The notes under the pieces were generated by a model that was not told where the DNA came from, did no database searches, and worked only from the letters and a program-made list of their open reading frames with translations. Positions 47,457-56,581 of a stretch of DNA of 64,000 bases are shown one piece after another; within the stretch, counting starts at the first letter, position 1, and each line of letters starts with the position of its first letter. The position numbers and the translations under genes were made by a program. This stretch comes from a virus (lineage: Duplodnaviria; Caudoviricetes): the IMG/VR virus record IMGVR_UViG_3300025320_000152, positions 1-64,000 of that record, one strand, 5' to 3'.

Positions 47457-50400
47457 GAGTGCGGCCGGGCAAGGGATCCTGGGCGTGGACCAGCTCCAGC
47501 GGCAGGTCGACGCTCTCACGACGAGCGTCGGCCAGCTCACCAGCGAGCTGTCCTCCTTCGTCACGCGCATCACTTCCGCTCTCTCGGGCGTCTCGAACGC
47601 GACCGCCGGAGCGGCGACTGCCTCCAGCGGCGCGATGTCCGGCCAGCCGGCGGGACGGGCGACCGGTACCGGCACCGGCGGATATGCCGCGATGGCCTCG
47701 TCCGGCGCACCGACGCAGACGATGGGGCAGAACGCCAACGGCGCCGCCGCTGGGACCGGCTCCCCCGGCGCACCGGTCGCGGCCGGTTCCGGCGGGATCA
47801 GCGGCAGGTTCCGCCAGTTCCTCTCCTTCGGAGGCGGAGGCGGCGGCGGAGGTGCGGGAGGCGGTGGCGTCGGCGGGATGAGCCGTGGCGCCACGTACAC
47901 GGCGCTCGGCGCCGGTGTCGTGCAGGCAGCGGCCATGTACGGCACCAGTCACCTCAACACGTTCTTGACCATGAACACGATGGCCAACCAGCAGGTGATG
48001 AGCTCCGGGCTGCAGTCCGGAGGGTACGGCGCGTCGGTGCGAACCGCCACGTCCATGGTTTACGGCTCCGGTGGACGGAACCTCAACGTCACCGCAGCCT
48101 CAGTTCAGGATGCGGCACAAGCCGCCGGGACGCTGTCGTACGCGATGGGCGCCCCGATGTACAACGCGAACGGCTCCCCGAACAGCGCCTGGGTCGGCGG
48201 GCAGTCCTCGATGTACCAGATGGGGTACGCCAACCCCACGATGTCGCAGGCCGCTGTCGCGGCTTCCATGCAGTCCGTGTACTCGCCGCGCTCGGCGATG
48301 ATGATGTCCGCACTCGGCTACGGCAGCTCGATCGGTACCGGGGGCACGCGAACGTCGATGTCCTCGATCGCCGACCAGGTCATGTCCCGCACGTTCCCGG
48401 GGCAGTCCGGAGCCGTCTCCTCGCAGACGATGGCAGCCGCCCTGTCCCAGGGCGGCTCCCTGGACTCGAACCTGCAGTACCTGGCGTCCCAATCCGGGTG
48501 GAGCTCCTCCACAGTCGGGATGCTGGAGGGGTACCTGAAGGACCGCAACGTCGCGCTCGGCAAAGGAGTGACCTCCAGCCAGTTCGACACGCTGATGACG
48601 CAGGCGTCCAGCGGCGACAAGAACGCACAGTCTCAGCTGAGCCAGTACGGGATCGGCGCCTCCACCGTCCAGTCGATGAAGGATCTCCAGGGCGCGCAGA
48701 CCGCCACGCTCGCGGACCAGTCAGGGTCCTACAACGACGCGCTGCAAACCTCGACCGGACTGTTGACGCAGTTCAACCGGGCGCTTGGCAACATCTTGAA
48801 CAACACCGGCCTGTCGAGCCTGATCGGCGGCACGTCCGGGCTCTCCACCCCATTCGGCTCCGCAGCCGCCGGGGTCGGGACGCTCGCTGGTCTTACCGGC
48901 CTGGGCGGCGGCAGTGGCGGGAGCACGGGCGGCGGCTCCGGGATGCTCAGCTCGCTCGCGATGAACCTCGGCCTCGGGGTTGCCGCACGCGGCTCCGGCA
49001 CCCTCGCGCGTGCAGGCGCGGGCGCGCTCGGCTCGGGCTGGCGGGCGGCGTTCGGCGCGAGGGCTGCGGCGGGCGTCGGCGCGGCCGGTGGCATGAGTGT
49101 GGCCGGGCGTCTCGGCGTCGCCGGCGCGGGGCTTGCCGTGGGGTACGCCGGCGTGCAGGGCAACAACGCGCTGTGGTCCAACGTCGCCGGACACACCGGA
49201 TCCGGGGACGACTGGGTCACCGACGTCGGCAAGGGCGCAGGCAACACGCTCGCCTACGCGGCGAGCGGCGCGCTGATCGGCAGCGTGATCCCCGGCGTCG
49301 GCACGGCGGTGGGCGCGGGTGTCGGCGCGGCGATCGGACTCGGACAGTCCGTCTGGGACTGGTGGAACGACAAGTCCGGGTACTCCGCGCGCTCCAGCTC
49401 GACGGTGAACAACGCAGCAACCTCGCCGTCGGTCTCAGTCACGGGCTCCAACGCGATGGGCGGGTACACCACCGGCTCGATCGGCGGCGGCACCGACAAC
49501 GGCACGACCTCCACGGCCGGGCCGTCGTCGGTCACCCCGGCTCCGGGCGCGTCGGGCGCGACGACCGCGACGCTGCAGAGGGTGATCTCGGCGGCGGTCG
49601 CACAGGTCGGCAAGGAGTACGAGTACGGAGCTACGGGCCCTAACACATTCGACTGCTCGGGTCTGATGCAGTTCGCGTACGCGCAGGGCGGGATTCACAT
49701 CCCGCGCACTTCCGAGCAGCAGATGACCACCGGCTCCCCGGTCAAGCCGGAGGCCGCACTGCCCGGGGACCTGCTATTTCCTTATCCAGGTCACGTCATG
49801 ATGTGTGTCAGCCCTGGCAAGGTGGTCGAGGCCAGGCACACCGGGACGACGATCTACATTCGCAGCTACTCCCCGTCGGAGTTCATCGCGTGCCGGCGGA
49901 TCATCCAGCTCGCCTCGGAGGGCGGGACGCAGAACGCTGCGGCGTCCGGCGGCAACGCCGCGACCGGTGCGAGCCCGGCGACCTCGGCGACGGTCACCGG
50001 CGGCGGTCTTGCGGCGGGCACCAGCGAGCTGGACGCGATCAACGCGAACGCGCAGTCCGCCACCACGGATGCGCTGACCGCGTCGCTGCGGATTACGGCG
50101 GCCGACACTCCGTTCGGGCTCACCTCCTCGACGCTGCCGAACTCGCTTACGGGGAACCCGCTCTCGAACCCGTTCTCTGGCGGGAACAACGCGGCGGTCT
50201 CCAGCGGGATGACGGCGACGAACAACACGGTCAAGGACATCTACGGGCACACGTACAAGGTGCCTTCAGGTGCGAGGCCGGCGGGGAACGTGGCGTCGTG
50301 GATCTCCCAGGCCCTGTCGGACATGGGGATGGCGCCATCGTGGACGGCGGACGTCAAGGACATCGTCACCGGGGAGTCGGCGGGCGATCCGTGGAACATC

Positions 50401-50919
50401 AACCTGACCGATTCCAACGCGGCGCACGGCACCCCGAGCGAGGGGCTGATGCAGACGATCGGGCCGACGTTCGCGGCGCACAAGATGCCGGGGCACACGG
50501 ACATCTGGAACCCGGTCGACAACATCATCGCGGGCGTGCGCTACGCGATCGGGCGGTACAAGAACCTTGACAACGTGCCGGGCGTGCAGGCGGTCAAGGC
50601 CGGGCGGCCGTACGTGGGTTACGCGGCGGGCGCGTGGGATCTGCCAGCCGACCAGATCGCCAAGTTGCACAAGGGCGAGATGGTCCTTCCGGCCAGCGCG
50701 GCGCAGTCGGTGCGAAACGCCGTCATCTCCGACTCCCTCGGCGCCGGCAAGGGCAGCACAGCCGCGCAGAGTTCCGGGGTGACGCTGCACTTCAGGCCAG
50801 GGTCGATCCAGATCACGATGGGCCAGGTCAGCGCGCAGACCGCGCAGCAGGCTGGTACGGCGATCGTCGATTCGATCGTGTCGGACCCGAGGATCAAGAA
50901 GATGGCGGTGGGGTTGTAA
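47449..50919 (+). CDS. tape measure protein with NlpC/P60 and lytic transglycosylase domains
   Basis: long Gly/Ala-rich ORF; Y.YGA.GP..FDCSGL...PGDLLF..HV; ES.G...S.GLMQ.I..TF...NPVDNI.A. Confidence 0.88.
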   Translation: MAESAAGQGILGVDQLQRQVDALTTSVGQLTSELSSFVTRITSALSGVSNATAGAATASSGAMSGQPAGRATGTGTGGYAAMASSGAPTQTMGQNANGAAAGTGSPGAPVAAGSGGISGRFRQFLSFGGGGGGGGAGGGGVGGMSRGATYTALGAGVVQAAAMYGTSHLNTFLTMNTMANQQVMSSGLQSGGYGASVRTATSMVYGSGGRNLNVTAASVQDAAQAAGTLSYAMGAPMYNANGSPNSAWVGGQSSMYQMGYANPTMSQAAVAASMQSVYSPRSAMMMSALGYGSSIGTGGTRTSMSSIADQVMSRTFPGQSGAVSSQTMAAALSQGGSLDSNLQYLASQSGWSSSTVGMLEGYLKDRNVALGKGVTSSQFDTLMTQASSGDKNAQSQLSQYGIGASTVQSMKDLQGAQTATLADQSGSYNDALQTSTGLLTQFNRALGNILNNTGLSSLIGGTSGLSTPFGSAAAGVGTLAGLTGLGGGSGGSTGGGSGMLSSLAMNLGLGVAARGSGTLARAGAGALGSGWRAAFGARAAAGVGAAGGMSVAGRLGVAGAGLAVGYAGVQGNNALWSNVAGHTGSGDDWVTDVGKGAGNTLAYAASGALIGSVIPGVGTAVGAGVGAAIGLGQSVWDWWNDKSGYSARSSSTVNNAATSPSVSVTGSNAMGGYTTGSIGGGTDNGTTSTAGPSSVTPAPGASGATTATLQRVISAAVAQVGKEYEYGATGPNTFDCSGLMQFAYAQGGIHIPRTSEQQMTTGSPVKPEAALPGDLLFPYPGHVMMCVSPGKVVEARHTGTTIYIRSYSPSEFIACRRIIQLASEGGTQNAAASGGNAATGASPATSATVTGGGLAAGTSELDAINANAQSATTDALTASLRITAADTPFGLTSSTLPNSLTGNPLSNPFSGGNNAAVSSGMTATNNTVKDIYGHTYKVPSGARPAGNVASWISQALSDMGMAPSWTADVKDIVTGESAGDPWNINLTDSNAAHGTPSEGLMQTIGPTFAAHKMPGHTDIWNPVDNIIAGVRYAIGRYKNLDNVPGVQAVKAGRPYVGYAAGAWDLPADQIAKLHKGEMVLPASAAQSVRNAVISDSLGAGKGSTAAQSSGVTLHFRPGSIQITMGQVSAQTAQQAGTAIVDSIVSDPRIKKMAVGL

Positions 50920-51773
50920 TGGCGGGCGGCGGAGGTTCCTCGTTCGGGGCAACCCCGATCGGCGCGACGGTCACCCCGGGCGGCGGTGTCACCAAGACCG
51001 TATATACGCAGCTTGCATTCGATCCGCGCATCAACAAGCAAGCGCTGCTGGGCGGCCCGATCACCACGCAGATCAAGCACGGCAACGGGTTCGGCTACGA
51101 GCCGGAGTCGGGACTGGCGCACGGATTCATCGTCCAAGCCCAATCCCAGGCGACCTCGGACGGCGCCCTGTTCGGCGCGGCATTCCTGTTCAATCCCTCG
51201 CTCGTGACGTTGCAGCACGGCATCGACAGCAACAGCTCGCTGGTGTTGCCGCAGTACCGGCGGCTGACGGCGGACACCGGCGTGTACGTGATCGGTCTTG
51301 CATCGACCATTGATATCAGCCTATTTTACGACAGGACGTACGAGGTCAACACGGCGGTGCTGTCGAACAACTACTACACCGCGTACTCGCCGCTCGGGTA
51401 CCTGATGAACGTGGGCGAGGCGCCCGAGGGCGTGTCCATCGCGCAGAACGAGGACCCCCGGCTGATCGGCGCCATCGCGGATGTCAACGCGTTGTATCGG
51501 GTGGCGGGGATGACGCAGCCGATCCCCAACGTGACGTGGACGAACGACGCGGTCGGCAGTCAGACCGCGACGACGTCGACGACCACCGTCACAGGCCCGA
51601 TGCAGCAGGTGCCGTGCTACGTGATGCTGGGCGCGAACATGGTCAGCAACACGCCGTTCTGGTATGGATATATTGATTCCATCGGTGTTACATACACACA
51701 TTTCACACAGGCGATGGTGCCGATGCGCGCCGAGGTGGACCTGGAGATCACGCTGCTGCCGACGCAGTCCTAG
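50919..51773 (+). CDS. baseplate hub / tube-initiator-like protein
   Basis: FLFNP, L.YDRTYE, YGYIDSI.VTYTHF...MVP. Confidence 0.7.
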   Translation: MAGGGGSSFGATPIGATVTPGGGVTKTVYTQLAFDPRINKQALLGGPITTQIKHGNGFGYEPESGLAHGFIVQAQSQATSDGALFGAAFLFNPSLVTLQHGIDSNSSLVLPQYRRLTADTGVYVIGLASTIDISLFYDRTYEVNTAVLSNNYYTAYSPLGYLMNVGEAPEGVSIAQNEDPRLIGAIADVNALYRVAGMTQPIPNVTWTNDAVGSQTATTSTTTVTGPMQQVPCYVMLGANMVSNTPFWYGYIDSIGVTYTHFTQAMVPMRAEVDLEITLLPTQS

Positions 51774-51793
51774 AGACGAAAGAGTGTGGATCG

Positions 51794-52072
51794 ATGACGG
51801 TGAGCGCTAACTCCCGCTACGCGGGCCGCGTGATCACGCCGGTCACGGACGCCGACGGCGTGACCCGGCAGACGATCCTGCCCGCGCTGCCCGCCGACAA
51901 GGCCTACCAGGTGCGCTACTACACCTGGCGAATGACGGACCGGCTGGACATCGTCGCCTACCGCACCTACGGGTCCGAACAGTCCTGGTGGCTGATCGCG
52001 GACGCCAACCCCGAAGTGATCAACTGGCTGTCCGTGCCGGTCGGCACCGTCATCAGGATCCCCGTTGCCTAG
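51794..52072 (+). CDS. LysM-like baseplate protein
   Basis: NSRY; DRLD.VAY..YG....WWLIADANP; GT.IRIP. Confidence 0.8.
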   Translation: MTVSANSRYAGRVITPVTDADGVTRQTILPALPADKAYQVRYYTWRMTDRLDIVAYRTYGSEQSWWLIADANPEVINWLSVPVGTVIRIPVA

Positions 52073-53267
52073 CCCGGCGGCGCTGCCGCGCCTGACGGTC
52101 CTGACCCCCTCGATGGACCGTCACACCCTGCCGATCGCCGTGCAGATCAGGATGGCAGAGGGCGAGCACCAGATCGCGACCCTCACCGTGCTCACCCCGC
52201 TCGCCCGCGATCGGCGGGCGCTGGACGCGAACGTACCGGCGAGCCTCGTGCTGCCCGAGGGCACGCCGGTGAAATTCGCGTGGGGCAGCTCCCTGGCGGA
52301 CACCTCGATCTGGTACGGGTACGTCTCCTCCCGCCAAGTCCAATCCACCAAGGCGCAGATCGCGAACCCGCAGGCTCCGGTGGTGCCCGTGGTCTACACG
52401 CTGACCGGAATCAGCCGGCCGATGCAGTCCGCGCGCTCGCGCGCCTACACCGGGGTCAGCGCGTCGGCGGCGGCGCGCAGCGTGATCGCGGACTACGGCC
52501 TCGCGGCGTACGTGCAGCCGCACCCGCGCATCTGGCCCGCCCTCGCACAAGGAAGCCTGTCGGATTTCGCGTGGCTCACCCAACTCGCGGAGAAGATCGG
52601 CTACCGCCTGAACGCGGACGTCGACCGGATCACGTTCGCCGACGCCGGGACCGACCTGACCCCCACGTCCATCACGCCGCCGACGTTCAGCAGGGCCCTG
52701 CAGTCCGGGATCTGGGACTCGCTGATCGAGTTCGACCCTGCATCCGGGCAGTCGGATCCCTCGGGCAGCACGGTGGCCGCGATCACCTCGTACGCGGTGC
52801 GCCCCTCCTCGGGGACGGCGGCGGCCGTGAACCTCGCGCCCGGGATCGTCGGAGCCGACGGCACCACGGGCGCGCCGACGTTCAGCAAGATCGCGTGCGG
52901 GAGCGCGCAGTCCTACGCGGACGCGGCGGACAACGCCGCAGCGGAGGCTGCGGGCAGCAGGTACTGGGTGTACGCCAACGCCACGGTCGACGGGAGCTCG
53001 ACGCTGCGCCCCGGGCGCACGGTCGTGCTCGGCGGCGACGGGGTGACCGCGGCCGATCAGGGGCGCTGGCGGATCAGCTGCGCCACCCACGCCCTGACCC
53101 TGTCCTCCCTCGGCCAGGCCACCGCGACCTACTACGCGTACCTGGACCTCGGGCGCGATCAGTACGCGGACCTCGACGTCACCGCGCCCACCCCGCCGCT
53201 GGACCGCGCGGGCGCGATGAGCCTGGTCTCGGGCAGCTGGATCTCTCCCGGGACGGCGGCGCCGTGA
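52065..53267 (+). CDS. baseplate hub protein (gpD/gp27-like)
   Basis: SDFAWL..LA..IGY; G..TLRPG..V; W.I....H. Confidence 0.7.
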   Translation: MPSPAALPRLTVLTPSMDRHTLPIAVQIRMAEGEHQIATLTVLTPLARDRRALDANVPASLVLPEGTPVKFAWGSSLADTSIWYGYVSSRQVQSTKAQIANPQAPVVPVVYTLTGISRPMQSARSRAYTGVSASAAARSVIADYGLAAYVQPHPRIWPALAQGSLSDFAWLTQLAEKIGYRLNADVDRITFADAGTDLTPTSITPPTFSRALQSGIWDSLIEFDPASGQSDPSGSTVAAITSYAVRPSSGTAAAVNLAPGIVGADGTTGAPTFSKIACGSAQSYADAADNAAAEAAGSRYWVYANATVDGSSTLRPGRTVVLGGDGVTAADQGRWRISCATHALTLSSLGQATATYYAYLDLGRDQYADLDVTAPTPPLDRAGAMSLVSGSWISPGTAAP

Positions 53268-53842
53268 TTCCCTCGATCCTGCGCGGCACGGTGGTCACGG
53301 CAGCAGACCCCCTGAACCTCGAACGCGTGAAGGTCACCGTCCCGCAGGCGACCGGGCCCGCTGCGGTATGGGCGAGCCCGCTGCAGCGCGGCGCCGCCAC
53401 GCCTCCGGCCCCGGGCAGCGCGGTGTGGGTGCTGTACGAGTCCGGGGAGGTATCTCTGCCCGTGTACGTCCCGGCGGCCGGGTGGAGCACCTGGACGCCG
53501 ATCCCCTCGGGATGGGTGGCCGCCGGCTGGAACGCGTACACCGCGCAGTACCGGCTCGGGCCTGCCGGGGCTGTGCAGTATCAAGGCGAGCTCGACACCC
53601 CGAACGCCGGCAGTTCGACGACGATCAACAACGGGTCCTCCGTGCTCACGCTGCCCGCAGCCCTGCAGGCCGCGCTGACCTCCTCGATCCCCGTGGGGCT
53701 CCTGCCGGGCGGGATCACCGGCACCACATTTGCGGTGCTGCGGGTCAGCGGCGCGAACGTCTCCGTGTACGGCGGGCCGTGGACGTACACCGGTGTCACG
53801 TACCTGTCCCTGGCCGCGCTGACCTACGCGGCCGATTTCTAA
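53264..53842 (+). CDS. baseplate spike (gpV/gp5 OB-fold-like)
   Basis: RGTVV...DP....RVKV.VP, P.PG..VWV.YE.G....PVY; GTG at 53264. Confidence 0.75.
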   Translation: MIPSILRGTVVTAADPLNLERVKVTVPQATGPAAVWASPLQRGAATPPAPGSAVWVLYESGEVSLPVYVPAAGWSTWTPIPSGWVAAGWNAYTAQYRLGPAGAVQYQGELDTPNAGSSTTINNGSSVLTLPAALQAALTSSIPVGLLPGGITGTTFAVLRVSGANVSVYGGPWTYTGVTYLSLAALTYAADF

Positions 53843-53853
53843 GGAGTCCCGAG

Positions 53854-54258
53854 ATGGCTACTGCCGCGATGGCAATCCCGTTCGCGATCGACGAGTCGGG
53901 CGCTGTGGCGACGACCCAGTCCGGGGTCCAGCAGCTCTCGGACCGGGTGACCGCGCTGGCGTCCACGCAGCCGGGGGAGCGGGTGATGCAGGTTCAGTTC
54001 GGAGTCGATACTGCGAGCCTGCTGTTCTCCCTCGGGAATCCGGCCGCGACCCAGCAGCTCGCGCTCGCGCTCGGTGACGCGATGAAGGTGTACGAGCCGG
54101 GGGCGGTGCTGACCGGGATCGTGCCGGTGTCGAACGCCGCGTCCACCGGTGTCGCGCGGATCGTCGCCACAGCGGTGGCCGCGTCGTCGCAGGGTACGAC
54201 GTCGACCACCTCCGGCGTCGTGGTCCGCGCCGACGGAACCGTCATTACCACGTCATAA
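53854..54258 (+). CDS. baseplate wedge protein (gp25/gpW-like)
   Basis: IPF.ID..G, T.PGERVM...FG. Confidence 0.8.
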   Translation: MATAAMAIPFAIDESGAVATTQSGVQQLSDRVTALASTQPGERVMQVQFGVDTASLLFSLGNPAATQQLALALGDAMKVYEPGAVLTGIVPVSNAASTGVARIVATAVAASSQGTTSTTSGVVVRADGTVITTS

Positions 54259-54292
54259 GTGTATTTCCATAGGCTGGTAGCGGAGGTGCTCC

Positions 54293-55774
54293 GTGGCCCA
54301 GCCGGTGATCGACTACACCGCGAAAGACTTCGCAGGCTTCGAATCCGCCCTGCTCGCGTACGCGTCGGTGGCCATGCCGTCTTGGACGACGCAGCAGACC
54401 GGCGACTTCGGGATGCTCATGCTGAACATGGTCTCGTACGTCGGGGACGTGCTGTCCTACTACGAGGACCGGATCAGCGCCGAGGCGTACCTCTCGACCG
54501 CGACCCTCCCGCAGTCCGTCGTGCAGCTCGCGGCGCTCCTCGGGTACACCCCGGCGCCCGCGCTCGCGGCCACCACCACCGTCACCCTCGTCTCGGACCC
54601 CACCACCCTCGACGCGATCACCGTGCCGGCCGGGACCGGCGTGATCACCGCGTTCCAAGCAATCCTCGACGGGGTCATCCAATTCGAGCTGGACGCGGCC
54701 GTGAGCGTCCCGCCCGCAGGCGGGAGCGTGAACGCGGCCGTCACACAGGGGGTGACGGCCGGAACCACGGCCCTGACGGCGGCGAACGGCACCAGCTACA
54801 TGGTCGTCAACCTCGGCACCTCCGACGGCTCGGCCGAGCAGCAGTTCACCCTGCCCACCGCTCCCCTGCTGATCGGCACGCTCAACGTGCTCGTGCAGCT
54901 GCCGTCCGGCGCCGTGCTGTGGACCCAGGTCCCCTCGGTGCTGGACGCAGGACCGAGCGACACCGTGTACTCCGCCGCGACCGACGCGGCCGGCGCCACC
55001 GTGCTCAGCTTCGGCGACGACGTCAACGGTGCGATACCCCCGTCCGGGTGCGTGGTCAGCGCCGCGTACAGGACCGGCGGCGGATCCTACGGCAACGTCG
55101 GCGCCAACACTCTGATCGACATCTCGACCGCCGTCACCGGCGTGTCGGTCGCCTCCTCGCTCGCCGCGACCGGCGGCGCGGACGCGGAGTCGCTCGCGTC
55201 GATACGCACCAATGCCCCCCGGGCGTGGCGTGTGCAGTCGCGGTGCATCACCGCGCAGGACTACGCGGACGCGGCGCTCGCGATCCCCGCGATCGACAAG
55301 GCCAGCGCCTCGGCCGGAGCGATGGGCGCGGTCACCGTGTACGTGATGGCCGCAGCCGCGCAGACCCCCACGGCCACCCTGATCGCGCAGGCGCAGGTGC
55401 TCGTCGCCTCCCAGGGCGCGGCCGGGTCGACGGTGACGGTGGCGGCCGGGACGGCGATACCGGTGAACATCGGCTCTGCCAGTAGCCCGGTGCTGCTCAC
55501 GGTGCAGCCGACGTTCGACCGGGCGAGCGTACAGACCGCGGTGACCCAGGCGCTGCAGCTCATGCTGTCGCCCGCCGCGACCGACCTCGGCATGGTCATC
55601 CCGCTCTCGGCCGTCTACTCGACGATCGACCAGGTTCCGGGAGTCTCGATGGTCTCGATCCCCGTGTTCGCGCGCTCCGACATGGCGCAGACCTCGAACT
55701 ATGACCAGTACTTCCGGGCGTGGGAGCTGCCGACGCCCGGCACGATCATCATCAACGCGTCCGGAGGCAGCTGA
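54293..55774 (+). CDS. baseplate J-like protein
   Basis: IDYT.KDF, DFG, YY.DR...E.YL.TA, FGD..NGAIP, YR.GGG..GNV, GGAD.ES, DY. Confidence 0.9.
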   Translation: MAQPVIDYTAKDFAGFESALLAYASVAMPSWTTQQTGDFGMLMLNMVSYVGDVLSYYEDRISAEAYLSTATLPQSVVQLAALLGYTPAPALAATTTVTLVSDPTTLDAITVPAGTGVITAFQAILDGVIQFELDAAVSVPPAGGSVNAAVTQGVTAGTTALTAANGTSYMVVNLGTSDGSAEQQFTLPTAPLLIGTLNVLVQLPSGAVLWTQVPSVLDAGPSDTVYSAATDAAGATVLSFGDDVNGAIPPSGCVVSAAYRTGGGSYGNVGANTLIDISTAVTGVSVASSLAATGGADAESLASIRTNAPRAWRVQSRCITAQDYADAALAIPAIDKASASAGAMGAVTVYVMAAAAQTPTATLIAQAQVLVASQGAAGSTVTVAAGTAIPVNIGSASSPVLLTVQPTFDRASVQTAVTQALQLMLSPAATDLGMVIPLSAVYSTIDQVPGVSMVSIPVFARSDMAQTSNYDQYFRAWELPTPGTIIINASGGS

Positions 55775-56577
55775 TGGCGGCGATCTACCCGGTGGCGGTG
55801 CGCGCGTACACCGAGAAGATGGACTACACCGAGCTCGTCGACGCGCAGGACGTCAACGAGCTGCAAGACGAGGTCGGCGCGATCGAGCAGACCCTGGGCA
55901 CCAACCCGCACGTGTACAAGGCCGCCGGTGCGGCGGCCACGACGTACAAGACCGTCGGGGCGCGCCTGGACTCGCACGAGGCGTCGCTCGCGAACCAGCA
56001 GTCTGAGATCAACACGATCCTCGCGGCGAGCAAGGTCGGGTGGGCCACGCCGGCGTTGACGGTCACGGGATCCGTGTTCCCGGGGATCCGCACCATCCTG
56101 CCGGATCTGGGGCCCGCACCGGTGATCTGGACGAGCTCGTCGACCGACATCGGTGACATGTTCATCGCCGGCGCCTCGGTCATCTCCATCCCCCTGGGCG
56201 GGCGGTGGAAGATTCGCGCGATGGGCAACTCCCCGGTCGACTGGCCCAACCTGAACGCGGCGCAGACCACGAACAACCACCTGGGCGTGCTGCCGATCCC
56301 CATCGCGTTCCAGCGCCTGATGCTGACGCTGTACATCAACGGGGTGCAGGTCGCCGCCAACTACGACGAACGCCGGTGGTATCCCCTGGCCCTGTCCGGC
56401 GGCAACCCGCCGGTGGGCTACCCCGTCTCGCCCTTCCAGCCGTGCCTGGACTGGACCGGCACGCTGACCAGCGGGATGCAGCTGCAGCTCAAGGCCGAGC
56501 AGTGGTATGGGGCGATGCCGTCCGCGTCGGTGACTATGAGCGTCGACTTCGACAAGTCCATCCCCGGAGTCGACTGA
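55774..56577 (+). CDS. virion baseplate/tail protein
   Basis: A.YP...R.YT.K.D....VDA.DVN.LQ.EV.AIE..LG N-terminus. Confidence 0.65.
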   Translation: MAAIYPVAVRAYTEKMDYTELVDAQDVNELQDEVGAIEQTLGTNPHVYKAAGAAATTYKTVGARLDSHEASLANQQSEINTILAASKVGWATPALTVTGSVFPGIRTILPDLGPAPVIWTSSSTDIGDMFIAGASVISIPLGGRWKIRAMGNSPVDWPNLNAAQTTNNHLGVLPIPIAFQRLMLTLYINGVQVAANYDERRWYPLALSGGNPPVGYPVSPFQPCLDWTGTLTSGMQLQLKAEQWYGAMPSASVTMSVDFDKSIPGVD

Positions 56578-56581
56578 CGAT

